Assembly: GCA_043228905.1 (NCBI GenBank)
Contig: JBHGNT010000011.1
Span: 21,018,001 to 21,082,000, forward strand
Length of the DNA stretch: 64,000 nt
From: Azolla caroliniana
Taxonomy: Eukaryota > Plantae > Polypodiophyta
Reading direction: 5' to 3'
Shown: piece after piece, positions 39,273-53,700 of the stretch
Layout of the letters: each line of letters begins with the position of its first letter
How positions within the stretch are numbered: position 1 is the stretch's first letter
Notes under the pieces: model-generated
What the model was told of the DNA's origin: nothing
Database searches by the model: none
What the model saw: only the letters and a program-made list of their open reading frames with translations
Made by a program: the position numbers and the translations under genes

Positions 39273-39304
<32 letters not shown>

Positions 39305-39563
39305 TCGCTTCACTCTCTCTCTGTCTCTTTCTCTTTCTCTTTCTCTCTGTGCGTCTGCAGCAGCCAAGGACAAAACAGACGGAGCCCGCTCTTTCCGCAG
39401 CAGAAGAAAGACGCAGAAAGACCTGTTTTAGCGAAGTAGCAGAAAGCAGACAGCAGCCGTAGCAGTAGGCGAATACCAACACCAAGAAGACTGACGGACT
39501 CATAGACGTTTATTTTAAGCCATGGCTTCTCCCCTTGCTTGATCTTCTCTCTCGCAGACAACC

Positions 39564-42500
39564 ATGGAGTATGGTCGCTCTGATTCAAGCGGTAAGCCCC
39601 TCACATCTTCATATACCCCTTTTCTGAGTATTGTTGCTCTGATTCAAACGGTAAGCCCCCTCACATCTTCAGATACGCCTTTCTTTCTCTGCTCATGAGA
39701 ACCCTTTTAAAAATCTTAGAAGAAAACTCAGAAGTTTCCCAAGATTTAGGAGACGAATCTCAGAAAAACGAGAATAACGAAGAAGATTTAGGTGGAAATT
39801 CACAGAAAAGCGAAGATTGAAAATTTTTAGCTGGAAATTCACAGAAAACTAAGATGAAAGGATTTCGCAGAAAATTTTCAGAAAATCGAAGATGCCAATG
39901 TTTCATCTGGAAACTCTTTGAAAAACGAAGAGTTGGCAGCAAATTCTGTTTCTCTATTTGTTTTGCTGTTGACAAAATTCCTTTCGGTGGAAACCTTTAA
40001 GCATCTATTAGTTTACTAAAGGTTCGAAATTTAGGGTTTCGTTTCATAAACCATTGCCTGGATCTGAAAATCCTGCAAAATCAGGGTTTCGTGCTGGTAA
40101 GTTATTGCATACAGAGAGGATACATGCCTGCAAATTAGTTTGTTGTTGACAAAATTCCTTCCTCTACAAACTTTTCAGCATATATTCCTTTACTAAAGGT
40201 CTGAAATTTAGGGTTTCGTTTCATAAATCATTTCCTGGATCTGACAATACTGCAAAATTAGGGTTTGGTTCTGGTAATTACATGGACAATAATTTGTAGC
40301 TCATAAATACTGATTTCAGTGGTATTTCTGTGTCCTTCCATTGAATTGTGATGCAACTATAGGGTTCCTGTGGTCAGTTTTCTCGAAATGGAGAGAACAT
40401 ATATCTGTTATCACATGGAAAAAAAGTTTCCTAGATTTATGCCTGTAGTATTGCTATGTTTTCTTCATTAAAAGTGCATAAAGCTGTATACAAAATTTCT
40501 GCAATATTAGATTTCGGTGCTGGATCTATGGATATAGTACACATATGTCAAATTAGGGGTTCTCTAGTGTAAAGCATGATTTCAGCAGTATTGCTACATG
40601 ATAATGCTAGCAAACATGTGGATCTAAATGAGCACTAAAAATGCGAGTAACATATCTAGTCAGGGGCAAGTACCAGCATCTTAATTGTGAGTTTGTACAC
40701 ACTTAATTGTGTTTGGGATGTGTCTTAGAGACAGATCTTGACTCAAATTTCCAAAGAGACAGAATCTGGATATTGTCTCTAATTTTCAGGCAGTATTAAG
40801 ATATTGCCAATTGAGACATTGCCAATTAGAATAGAATTCATTAACTGTATCAATATTACGAATAAATTGAGACATTGCCAATGGAGCAAAACGAGCTACA
40901 AAAACTTTTAATGATCAAAGTTGTTGGAAATTGCATTCAGGGTGACACCAATTATAGGCTCTTAATGACATTAATCTACGATCTCTTCTCTAAACTATAA
41001 GAACTTCATATCAATAGCAATGGAAACTGTGGGAGATGTGGGGAGATTAAAAGTGGTTATGACTTGGCTCTGGTCCATTATGGGTTTCTCTACTCTACCC
41101 TGCTGAAAATTTATGACGGTAGGATAGCTTTTGTATGTTTTGTAGTAGCCAGCACAATTGAAAATTACTCTGATGTACAAGATAGATGGATTTAAAAGAT
41201 CTGTTTATGTTATTGGAACCTTGGTAGAGAGTAGAGTGTCATTGTGATCTTTTTGGAAGGCAAACAAAATATGTTCTATAATTTCATTTGGAGATCTTTC
41301 AAAGAAAGAAATTGCAGTCCATCTAGGTAGTTCTACTGATCTAGTTATATTTATTTTGGCTTATTCTCAAAGATGAGAAGATTTTAAGATTTAATCTCTC
41401 GTTTCATCTCATATGCTAGTTTGGCCTCTTAAAAGACTTCAATCTCTCGGAAATTGTGATAAACAGATGTGCACATAAATCTATAAAACTGAAAACAGTA
41501 CAACCACAATATGTCTTCAAGAGGGTACAACCACACCACTCCTAATGCGATAAGTCAATCAAGGATTGCACAAGGGGATTTCTGACCAAGACACTTCAAA
41601 TTGGTTACAATAGATCAGGCAACAGCAATGTGTGATGAACATAGGCCATGGCCATTTGACCATGGCAATATGTAATTATCAATTGGAACCGAAGGTGCTT
41701 CCCATGCTTTGGAGATCTCTCCATCTTGAAGCAGTCCATGTTGGAGATTTTCCAAAGACATGAATTTCTATCTATCTAAATTTAGAATCGTAGGCTCTTA
41801 GATATATAGATTCTTTAGTACCATATGTTGTATTTTTTTGGTTTGTCCTTGAAGTACGAGAATACGTTGTAAGATGTAACCTCTTCTTTAGTCTTATTGG
41901 CTGTTTTGGCCTCTTAAAAGATGTTAATATAGCTTTCTCTCTCTGTCTGTGTGGGAGACAGAATATCCTTTATGGACTTATTTTCTTTGAAATTTGTAGG
42001 GACAGATGATGATCTTCCACCATCTCAACCTGGACGGGGCTCTAGGGGAGGCAGAGTTAGTGGGAATGGAAGGTCTATGAGTGGTGGTGGTGGGCATTAT
42101 GGACGCTCAGCTCCAGATCAACATTTACGTAAGCTAGAAAAGGATGCATATTGTGCTGTTCTACGGGCCTTCACTGCACAATCAGAGGTCATTACCTGGG
42201 TAAGACTCAATTCTTCCCCTTTGTGAAACCCCATATTATCATTGTATTTCAGAAATGTAACAAAAGAAAGAGAAGAAACTTCCAGATCCCCTGGGGATCT
42301 TTTATTTATTTCACCATTGCTCTCAAGTAACACTTATAATTGAGTAAAAGGAGATGGAATATTGACTATATAATGCTCAAATAGCACATAATAGTTTCAT
42401 TCAATTTTTCCAGAGAAAGGAGCAGCTTATGGTTACATTACGGCAAGAGTTAAGGATATCTGATGAGCAGCATTTGGAATTTTTGATGGGAATAGATTCC

Positions 42501-45500
42501 AGCAGTGCACCTCACCAGCAGTTCAGGTCAGTGCTATAATGCAGTTCTTTATAAAGAAACTCTGATATACCCTGACTTTTTGTTTATTTTCCAAAATCCT
42601 CCTGAGTTTTTGATATTTCTTGAATCCCTGTCCTGTGGTCATCCCCAGAAAGAAAGTAAAAGGAATGAATTAACTTCTCATATAGAACATATAATTCAGA
42701 AAACATGGGATGAATTGATCATATATTTGCTCTTTTGGGGGAAATAGCAAAAACTCAGGGACATTTGTGGAAATAAACAAAATTCAGGGTATGTCAGAGT
42801 ATTTCCCTTTACATATTTCCATAGTGACTTTTAGCTCATTTTGGCTGATGATGTGATTATTCTGAAAAGGGAAAGACGGTTGCAGGAGGAGGAACACATA
42901 GGTGGCATGTATGCATCAAATGTGGAACCAACACCGCCTTCAATTATGGCATCTCGTAAAAAGCAGAAAACTACTCATGTTTCACAATCAACTTTGCCAC
43001 CTCCTCCAGTGAAATCTTCACTTCCATCTCCAACACTTGCTCCTGTTGGTCCAGGAAAGAGAGGACCTCCTCCAGGAGGAGCAAGAGGAAAGAAGGGAAA
43101 AGGGGTATGATACGAAGATTTTGAGGACATCAAAAAGTAGGTTTCTTTCGTCAAATTTCACTCATAATGTGTTTTCTATTTAGGGACGTCTGCAGGCCAG
43201 TGGGCCAATTCCAGGTACAAAATCAGGACCATCCCCAGGGGAAGGTTTGGTCTCTCGAATTAATCCTTGGATTGGTAAAAGGGTAAAGACAAGGTGGCCA
43301 GCTGACAATACATTCTATGAAGCAGTTATAACTGACTATGATCCAGAGAAGGTGAGTCTTTTTACTTCAAGCTCAAACTGTGACTTACAATTTATGAATG
43401 TCATTATATAGCATGATTTTATGTGTTGGAGCTAATTACTAGCGGGATCTTTAACATTGACCTTGAAAGGACCAAGAATGGCTAATGCCTGTAGATAATT
43501 TCTTTGTTCATTCCCTTGTTCCTCAAAATGAGTTGTTTTTTTTGTTGGATTTTGTCTTAAATAATATTTGCGTTTAGGCAACTCTTTATTCAAATAATTT
43601 GTGAGAATATCTGTGGTACTGGTTGTACTATATACTTATAGAACATCTATCTCTTCACTAATAAATTTCACTTCATGACCATTCAGTCTACTCAAATAAT
43701 CGCTATGAATTGCTACACAATCTTCGTAATGTTAATTGTTATTTATTTATTTATTTATTTGTTGTTGCGTTTCCTAATTTTGTGTATATTGGTATCACTT
43801 GTTTCAAAGTGGTATTCATCCTGAAGAATTGTCTATCTTTGAAGATATATGTGCAGAATGAAATATTTCACATTATAATACCCATGATCTATTGTAATGA
43901 AGAAAATTTCATTGGCATAAGAAATGCATAAATGGAAACGCCTTGAAGTTTATTTTGCAATTGTAGTACTTATAAGTCAAAATCTTATGGATATGGAATC
44001 CTTTTTCTTGTAGGACCTGCATGCCCTTGTTTATGAGATGAACACAGAGAATGAGACCTGGGAATGGGTGGACTTGAAGGAGGTATACAATGCTGATAAT
44101 TGGATCCCTGTATTTGTCATCCATGAATTCTCGCATAGGAATATGTTTTATAAATGAATTATTGCAGCATTTCAGTTTTTCCCTTATAATGAATTGACTT
44201 AGTCTGTTTAAATGGGTTGTTCTTATATAAGCTATCATCCAACGATATGCAAATTGTGGATGGACCTCTTGTTGATGTCGTTGGCAAAGGCCCACATTCA
44301 GCATCAGCTAAATACAGTATGAGTGGACGGGGAGCAGTATCAGGTAGAGGACCAAAGAAGGGAGGTGGAAGAAGTGGCCTTATTCCTTCAGCAGGGCGTG
44401 GTCGTCCCACAAGTAAAGGTCTAGCAAACTCATTTGAGAGGTCTGCTCCAGTTGTCCCTTCTAGAAGTTGGAAAGCATCAACACCTGAAAATGGTGTGAA
44501 AGGATTGAGACACATTCAATTGCCTTCACTTGATGCCCTTGTCAAACAGGTAGTACATCTTTATAGTACCGCTATTATAAGAGCATGATGAGTAATTTCA
44601 TTTTGGCTTGTTTTCTACAGTGAGACAACACATTGAGATATAATTTCTTGTCCAACTTATGAGACATTATTTATATCTGTCTCTCTTTATAGACCTTTGG
44701 ACATGATTTTTTTTTGTAGGCTGGTTTTTTTGGTAGACCTTTGAACATGGTTCCATTTTTATTTTGACACTATTTCTTATGTTCCAGGTTGATAAAATTG
44801 CAGAGGAGGATGATCTAGCTAAAATTGAAAGCATCAAGAGGGCAGCAAAGGTTCGTCTTTGGAAATCACTTCAAATTTAGTTCTCAGGAAGGAAAGTGGA
44901 TTTAACAATGTAATTAAAAATGCAATGGCGGCAAATGCAATGTGGATAGTTCTGAGTGGCATTGTTTCTCAGAAATATAGTTTTGTCGGTTCTTATTCAG
45001 TGATCATGCTCACAATGGGACAAGCTGGTGTTCTACAATCCTCCTTACTATTTTTATGTTTTTGTTGCATAATTTGCATGTGCCGCAACTATATCATTGC
45101 CATATTTTTAGGATTTTATCGACTTCTATTCCTGCAAATGTTTATGTTTTACTTTCACAAGAAAATATACATGGTCAAAGATATGCAAACATTGGTGATA
45201 TGGGTTTTCAAGTCATGGATGAATTTGTCCTCATTTAGATTTTTTTTGCTTACTCCTAAATTCCTACATTCTTATGGAATGGACTTCCAGGAACATGAAG
45301 AGATGCTGAGAAAAGCATTGGCTGAAGTTGGAGAGTCGTCAGATGATGGTGAAAGTGGTTAGTAGATTGCATGCGAAATATTTTACATTTCATGTTCTAA
45401 TAGAAATTGCTATATATACGCCATAGTTTCATCAATTGTGTGTCAATCTTGAAACATGTCTTCTATTCATGTAAACCTACTAACTGCAAAGAGACTGATG

Positions 45501-45837
45501 TGAATTTCAATGTGAGAACCAGATTATGATGTCCATTGTGGAAATAAATTATTGCTTAAGAGTAACGGCTTGAAATGAAGACTCTTGCTAATGTATTCTT
45601 TTTTGCTTAACAGACGAGGAAGAAATCCCTCCATTTTCTCATACGCATGCGATGTATAGGGAGAGAGAGCGAAGGAGCAGGCAAGACAGTAGAGATCAAC
45701 ATGTCGATGATGATGAGGATGATACAGCAGGGGACCGAGGAGAAGGCTCTGACGGAGAGCCGTTGGTGGGTGATGGTGGTGTTGCATCTGATGCAGATGA
45801 TGATCATCATGATGGTGATGATGGAGATGATGGCTAG
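39564..45837 (+). CDS. EML: EMSY-like protein (ENT domain, Agenet/Tudor domain, acidic C-terminus), 10 exons
   Basis: Exons 39564-39591, 42000-42199, 42414-42526, 42870-43104, 43184-43351, 44014-44082, 44232-44549, 44788-44850, 45291-45357 and 45614-45837 join in frame: MEYGRSDSSGTDDDLPPS...LEKDAYCAVLRAF.AQS..ITW.KEQL...LRQELRISDEQH...IGKRVKTRWPADNTFYEAVITDYD...HALVYEM.T.NETWEWVDLKE. Confidence 0.93.
39961..40278. repeat. Tandem duplication (~178-bp period) carrying telo-box motifs in EML intron 1
   Basis: TGTTGACAAAATTCCTT...TTTACTAAAGGT..GAAATTTAGGGTTTCGTTTCATAAA...CCTGGATCTGA...CTGCAAAAT.AGGGTTT occurs twice. Confidence 0.85.
41280..41945 (+). mobile_element. Two adjacent 5'-truncated LINE family A fragments in EML intron 1
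   Basis: Each ends in TTGGCCTCTTAAAAGA (~41421 and ~41906). The 41520-41760 stretch aligns to 32150-32450. Confidence 0.7.
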
Positions 45838-47756
45838 ATCAGTGGTGAAGTCGAGCATGATGGTTAATTGAGGTGACTTCATCTGCTACACTCTGCTCAG
45901 TGCTGACTATATGAGCATTGGGGGCAGGAATTTGCTTTAGTAGAAGGTACCTGCACATTTTAAAGAAAAGTTTTTAGGTGATTATGAAATTGAGGCTCTT
46001 TGAAGGGGGCTACCAATGTAACATAGAATTATTTCCTTTTCCTTGTCTTTGTTATAGATAAAGAACAAAGGTCTTTGTTATAGGTGCTTATCCACTAAAA
46101 CTAACTGTTGTCATTAGTGACTGACTCGACTGACTTGACAACTGGATAGGTAGGATAGAAGGAACTGCTAATGATGCCACAATCTTAAAGACTTGATCAA
46201 GGTTTATCATAATAACTTGGCTATCAATGTATGTGTGATGGGTATTTCTGCAAGCACTAATCCATGATGCACAAATCCATTATGAGACAAACTTCATGGT
46301 CTGCATGATTATTGTGCTACCTGGATTTATGCCTTTTCTTTATCGTATTGAGGTCATAAAACGAGGTGGCTTTCAAGTTGGTCTTATATACTGTTCCTGA
46401 AGTATCTGTTGCTATGCATATGCAATTTGTAGTGTATACACCTGTGAGTGGAGGATCCGGATGGGTGCCATGTTTAGTTTAATTGTATACAGAGATGTTC
46501 TTATTTAATCATGTATGATGTAGGAAATGTTGCCAAATATAGGTGTAAATGCTGTTATTTTTCACTTTTGATGTTCTGTTGTAGAAAGCTTAAAAATGAT
46601 TGTCTTGGAAAAGTTGCCTACACGTTCATAAAACTGTGAGGTGTCAAGAAATAGTTGCAGAAGCGAAAGATATGAGATTTTTAATAGCAAAACTAATTAA
46701 GAATTGAGTTTAGGTTCAATGTATCCTTGTGCAATTTGTAATTTAGTAGCTTGTTGTGAAAGGATAATATCTTATACTGAAAATTTGTGTAGATTTGGAA
46801 AAGATAAGATGGTTTTGCCACTGTAAAAGTGTAGCCAGGACTTTTACTGTGACACATTGAGCCTTAGCATGGTTAATTCTCAGCTTTCCAGATGTTATGT
46901 ATTATTCAAGATGTGACATTGGATCTTGTTACGGGACTTCAAGCTTTTACAAAAGACCTATAGATATTACAGACTATTCATTGCTATCTTTAGGCAAGTA
47001 TACTCTTTGATCTGTAAACAATTGGGGACTACTATAAAATCTGTATGTGTGTTTATATCTAAGAGCTCCATAAAAGAAATAATGATATAGAGCATAATCA
47101 ACAATTCATCATGATACAATGGGCTACCAATGTGTTGCCACAGTGTATATTTAGGCATAGGGTCTATTATAGGATCATTCCCCTCACGCAATTAATCCCT
47201 ATAAATTCCTTTTGATCCATAATTAATATCCCTGAACTACTTTAATTAATTAAATCCCGACTTATGAACCCATGCAAAGACTCCACGTCTGCATTCAAAG
47301 GCCAGAGGCCCTGTGGTAAGAACAGGAGATGCGATATAAAGTAGGTAAGGCCATATCATAATAAAAGAAATATAAGAAAGGGAACTTTAAATAGTTTGGA
47401 TTTTCTCCTAACAATTTGGATTCTTTTGGAATGTATTAAGAGAATCTCTGCACGGAATATAAACTCGTCTAATCACAAGTTATCCATAATACAAATATCT
47501 TAGAATATTTTGTTAAAATTTCATAAACAAATCACCAAAAAATTGCACCCATGATGTTTACAACAATAGTTGCAAACCCCTTGCAGTCTTTTCTTCGTCA
47601 ATATCATCTTATAATTCTTGGTCATTGAAGATCCTCGATGTTGAATTGCAGTTTGCATATAAAAAATGCCAATTTCCAGATTTCTAGAAAGCATAGCGCT
47701 TTACTAGCCAAACTAAGGAAAACTCCATAATACTACATATATATATATAGACAAAG

Positions 47757-50700
47757 CTACTTCAGTTGATTGCCCCAAATCCCTATTTTGAAGCAGGTGG
47801 GGTTGCAAGGATATGCACAATCAATATCTTTTGTGGGTTTTCTCTTATAGAACCAGTCACCTACAGTCTCAGAAATTGTCTTCAAAAAAGAGAAGTGAAA
47901 AATGTTACCCATAAGAATTTCATATTAACCATGCACTAGTTGAAACAACACAAGTCTTCAAATTTAGGATTTGTATATAAAACTCACCCTTTGTTTTATT
48001 GTGGGGGTTCTTCCCCGATGCCATATCATATCAAACTCAGACTGGCAATGAATGAAGCAAGAATTGATAAAAAGGCCACCATCTTCAGAACCCTCCACCG
48101 CTTCAATTGCTTCCAGCAACTTCACCCTGAATTCTGCATTTTTCCAAAATTAAATAGAACATCGGTGTATGAGAAAATACACTACATAGCAATGAAGTTA
48201 ATGGTTGTGGGGAGATTCCTAATAAATCAAGCTCAAAACACCAAAAACTCCTAATGTTTTTTAATGTCTACCAAGTTATACCTATGGTTTTGTACAACAG
48301 AGAGATATTCTAGTCTTTGTTTCAAAACTTAGGGGAATCTCATTTCATTAAAATGGCAAAAACAAAAAGTAATCCTGTTCAACTTGATTTATGAGTTCAT
48401 TATTCTGATTTGCATCCATCTAGGGTCTAAATTAAATTCAAAACTTGAAAATTTCAAATTTTCGTTACATTTTTAGTGACAGCATTTTCTGAAAACAGAA
48501 ATCATCTAAAATACGTTCAATTTTCTTGCGTCAACCTTTTCTAAAAACTGCAACTATCTGAAATACCATGAATCAAACAAAATTATATGAAGATGTCCCG
48601 TGTATCATACAGAAACATAACTCTCAGGGCATGATTCTTCTACCTTGGAAAACCTTCATCTGGTCAATTGAACATTCAGCAGGATCTGCTTTGCAAAAAC
48701 TCCACTTCCCTGATGGATCTGCTGATGCAGGGACAAGGGTATTGTTAATCTGCAGAGAGAAATACATGCACATTGTTTAGTATTAATATCCTCGCAATAA
48801 TTGACTATGAATATTAACACACAATCTTGAGACTGAATTACTATTATCATAATTTGCTGGCCTGTTTTTGTATCTCGATTAATAAATTTCTTCCATTGAA
48901 ATGGGAGGTTATGAAATAAAAATGTTCTATAGGTGGGAGGCAGCGGGAGAACTACAAGTTTATAACACCCTAGAGCAGATACACATTTTGATATCTGAAT
49001 TTACATTTACGCATTTTTACATACAGAAACCCCATAGAGTTTTCTTTAAGGAGAACTATTACCTGCCATGTATCATAAGCCGGATTCAGAATGAAAAGAG
49101 GGGTCTTGATTGTCTTCAAAATATACTGCGCGAAAAAGCACTGCCAAATGCAATGGAGAGAAGCATCTTGCCAGATTAGAGTAGCCTAATGCAGGCACAT
49201 TCACATGTATATCCACATTCAATGGGCATAATAAATATGCTTGACACACTGTAGACATATCCATAGACATACTGTTAAATATATGCACGAACCTGTTCAA
49301 TGTCCCTATTTTTCTTGCATTCTTCAGGAAGCTGAGCAGCAATGCCCTACAACAAAAAGTGTGTGGATACCCGATAAACTAAAAAACTTCATACTTTTGG
49401 TAAGAGAATTGATGTGAATATCTTAATCATTTTTCTTTATCAGTAGCTCAGTTAAGCTCACATGTACAGAAACTACGTCTTTGTAAAAAGACTGGATAGT
49501 TGAAGTTTTGCCCACATCTTGTCTACAATAAGCGAAATACAAGCAACAAACAGGTAATTAGCAAGTGAAATACAATCAACAAACAGGTAATTAGCGAGTG
49601 ATAAATAATGTGCTCTTCAAATTAATGTTAAATTAAAATCATTGAATTCCAGAGAGAAGCATACATATCAAGAAAAATGCCAGCATCACTTAGACATTTT
49701 ACAATAGCTGTCTCTGGAAGCTGGCGTCGGAAGTTATCGCAGTGAAGTATGGCTGCTAACCCACCAGCAGAGCATCCAGACAATAACGCCTATAGAAGGA
49801 TATGAAAGTTAATGTATCACTAACTGAAAGCTTCAAAATGTTTATTATAATTTCTTAAGAATCTTTTATCATGAATTATTTATGGAGCAATAAATAGAGA
49901 GATATAGCAAACAATTTAAGCATGCTCAGCACATATATACATGAATGCATTCAGGGAACTAAAACATACCTTCTTAGCCTTGTTCATGCCTATGGCCAGG
50001 AGGTCATCCATCACAGCCTGCCAGACCCTTTGCCCTCTAAAGTATATCTTCTTCACCTGTGCTTACAAACACCCCAGTATTATGTGCATTGATCAAAACG
50101 TTTATCATGATAAAAGAAGTGTGTTGTCAGATATATACTTGGTTACTATTCTCTAGTGTGACCTCAACATGTTCATCGACGTCTCCACTAAATGAACCTC
50201 CATCACAATACCTTACTTTTACCCGATTCCAGTTGTAAAATTCTGCAAAAGTTGTTGAAGAACCATTAAAGTTTTTTAACATTTTCAAGGAGTGTCCCGC
50301 CATTAATCTCCCTGACTATGTGACATATTCAAGCTTTTAAATAGCTAAAGAATTTAGGGAGGTGATTTGAATAAAAAATAACCCTGCAGTGGCCTCTTGC
50401 CCATTGGGTTCATCATTGGAACTCACATCCCCTGAAAAATAATCATCTTACTACAAGCATGCTAGACATAGATAAGACAATTTTGTAGAAGGATATCATC
50501 CACAAAAATATTGTGAAAGGTACATTCAAAGAAAGAAACATTACCAGGGTTCTTCAAAGGTGAATCGCTTAGGCTGCCACCAAAAATGACCTGTTCATCC
50601 ATAAAATGTGAAGATCCTAGTCTTGTTTGAGATCTATGTAAGCAAGATTTTTTACTTGAACACCATCCCCCTCCCTGAAAGTAAGTTCCAATAATGCTTG

Positions 50701-53700
50701 AAAAAAGCTACAAAAAAAGTGTCTTCCTACATTATTCACAAGAAAATTCCAACCTCTAGATGGATCAGCCAGTTATTAACTCCAAGTCCTCTTCCTTTAT
50801 CAAGATGATATGCAGGCAGACTACCATCCAAGCAGACTGCATTATTCAAAAACATAAAAAAATTTAATTCTAATGCATGTTCTGAACTTTCCGTAGACAT
50901 TAAACTCAAACCCCCAGAGAAAATAAAAGACACTCCACTCATAAACTCAAACCCCAGAGTTCGCTTATATTCACTGGAACTATATATTAGAAAATGTAAA
51001 ATGTCTGGAGGAGATAAAAATGGACCACAGCACATCTTTCCAAGGAAGAGCCACTATAATAAAGATCTGACACCAAGCTCTGAAAGCTTCACTAAGATTA
51101 GTCTTCTTCGCATTAGTTTCCCAGTGCTCAACATCCAATCTGACCCCCAAAATTCATCCATAAGGTCCTTATACCAGCATAGTACTCATGCAAGAACTCT
51201 GCCTTTCTCATGCCAAAATCCAGCATGCAGTACTTGATTAACTCTAGCAAAAGAACTTTGCCAGCAACCATTGACAAGCCAAGTCACAGATAAAGTATTT
51301 CTTTTCTACATGTTTCGATTCTACGCTGACCCTCACCACTCTTTTTGTCATATCCTTGTTTTCTCACTTAAACTAATATTCTAACAGAAACCCTAATCTA
51401 TAGTCTAAAACGAGGTATCTGCAGTTTCTAGATCACAGAAGGGCTTCCATGTAACATCATATTTCTTCCAAAACACTTTTTGATCATGCACTATATTATC
51501 TCAAATAAATCGTGCTTCAGAAGCATTCTTTTTCTTAGTAATCTTTTAAATTGATTTTGCCTTCTTTGGTGCATACCTTCAGTGTTGCAATACTGCTCAA
51601 ATACAGAGAGAAAGCAAATAACTGCGTTTTGCAAATTTTAACTCATCCTGTGCTAAGCCCCACCTCATAAATTAAACTCCGCTTCAGGAACATCATAGTA
51701 GAGGATCCTCTCCATGCAATACAATTAAAAAGGAGTACAACCAGTCAACAATCTATGCACTTGGCACTGCCATCCATCTTGCATGCACATATTACCTAAT
51801 TCCAATGTAGATTCCAAAATATCGAATAAATAGTTTCAAGCTTAAACAACATGTTTTGTATTATCCCATTCAAAGCTTCCACTAAATCATTGCTAGAAGA
51901 TGATAAGAAAAATGAAAGAAAATATATTTTAACATATTTTCAAGCGGCCAAACTGGCCTACCAAACAAGAGATTACATCTTAAAATATTGTCTCATCTCT
52001 GAGAAGCACAAACCAAAATAAATGTAAATAAGCAAAAAAGAGTAAATAGAAATAGACTAAGAAGTCACTAAGGAATCCCATCATTTATGCATGTAAGATT
52101 CTCATATCAGATAGATTATAATTTCTGTCTTCAAAAGATCTTTAGCATTGGTCAATCCAGAATGGAGAGGTTTCCGAAATGATAGAAACACCCACAATGG
52201 CGGGAGATAATGGACTTTATCTATCGCTTAGCATACATAATGCCTGATCCACGAGGCCAGGGCTGACATGCACAACAAATTTCTATCGCATGATCTATCA
52301 TAAACCCTTTGCAATGTCCAGGTCAAGAGTCCATTTGTGTAGCCCTAATTGATTTGTAGCATGAGTAGGAGTATTGGGTCTAACAAAAGTTGTGATTGTT
52401 CTTTGTTAATTAGTTTGTGTGGTTGTAGCGCTTCAACAACTTCTCCCTGTCTCTTGGTTTCTAGCAAGATAAGCCCCATGCATCATTGGCCCTCATATTC
52501 CATCATCTTGCACAGTGGACCAAACCCTTGCTTGAAGAGGCAATGATATCCCCTCTTATTTCATTTAAAACAGTACAATGGCAAACATAATGTTCTTTCA
52601 ATTCCACTCCCTAATGACACAATTTTGAAGCATCTTTCTTCTGGAGGTATTTGTGCATATCTGCCTACCTCAAATCTCTAGCTGATTTGAAGAAGTTTGC
52701 AGCTGCCCTATAACAATGCACAGCCCATGGGATAGATGTATGTACATATGAAAAGGCCTGCTGATGAATCTATCCTCAAATATGTGTAGACAGTGTCTTA
52801 TAGTGGGCCATTTTTGTACCAAGAGATGTGGGGTTGATCCAGGTTATTTTGTATTCCAATATGATAATATCAGTTCCAATCACTCTAATCTTTTCCACTT
52901 TGATCATGTTTAGATGGGGACAAGCCAAGCCATACTGGAACGGGGGTCGTGCATTTATGCTTATGCCATGTGACTCGAACTATTGTTGAGTTTTAGCATT
53001 ACTTTTGAACTTTGCCTATTGAAGCTCATTGTGTTACATACTAATCATGGCCTGCGAAATATAATGAACCAACAAATGTCTAAAAACGTGACTTTTGTGC
53101 ATAACACACCTGTATCAGGCTGCAATGCCACCAAAAAGACCAGATTATGCAAAACCGGCAACATATCAACTATAATGGAATAAACCAGCAATATTAAGAT
53201 TATTTCTTGTGCATTATACACTTGTACGAGGCTGTGAGACCACTGAAGGAACAATTCACTCTACATATATACACAATTAAAATAACCAAACAGCTCTAAG
53301 TTCAGTTTTTGTCCATCATACACTGATATCATGCAAGTAAGATAGAAGAAACAAATACAAGATCACTTCTTGTACCTCCTACATCGGTATCGAACAGTAA
53401 AAAGATCAATTGGCATGCATCATACATTTGTATCAAGTGGTGACATAAGCAAAGAGGTAATTGATTCAACATAATTAGTGACAAATCAGAAGAAACAAGA
53501 ATAATAAAACAACATTCTAAGAGCTCTCTTAGTGCATCATACAATGGTATTAGGTTGTGAGACAGTCCATGTAATCATTGATTCTACATGATCGGAAACT
53601 AATTTCACAAGTGAAACAAATTAATAGATTGTTAAGATCTCTCAGCATACATTGGTTATGAGGATGTGATACCACTGGAGAAACCTTGATTCTACGAAAT

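Noticed and set aside
44859-45290. 167-aa hydrophobic ORF in the EML gene
   Set aside because: Mostly T-rich intron 8 read in frame into exon 9; canonical splice sites at 44850 and 45291 explain it
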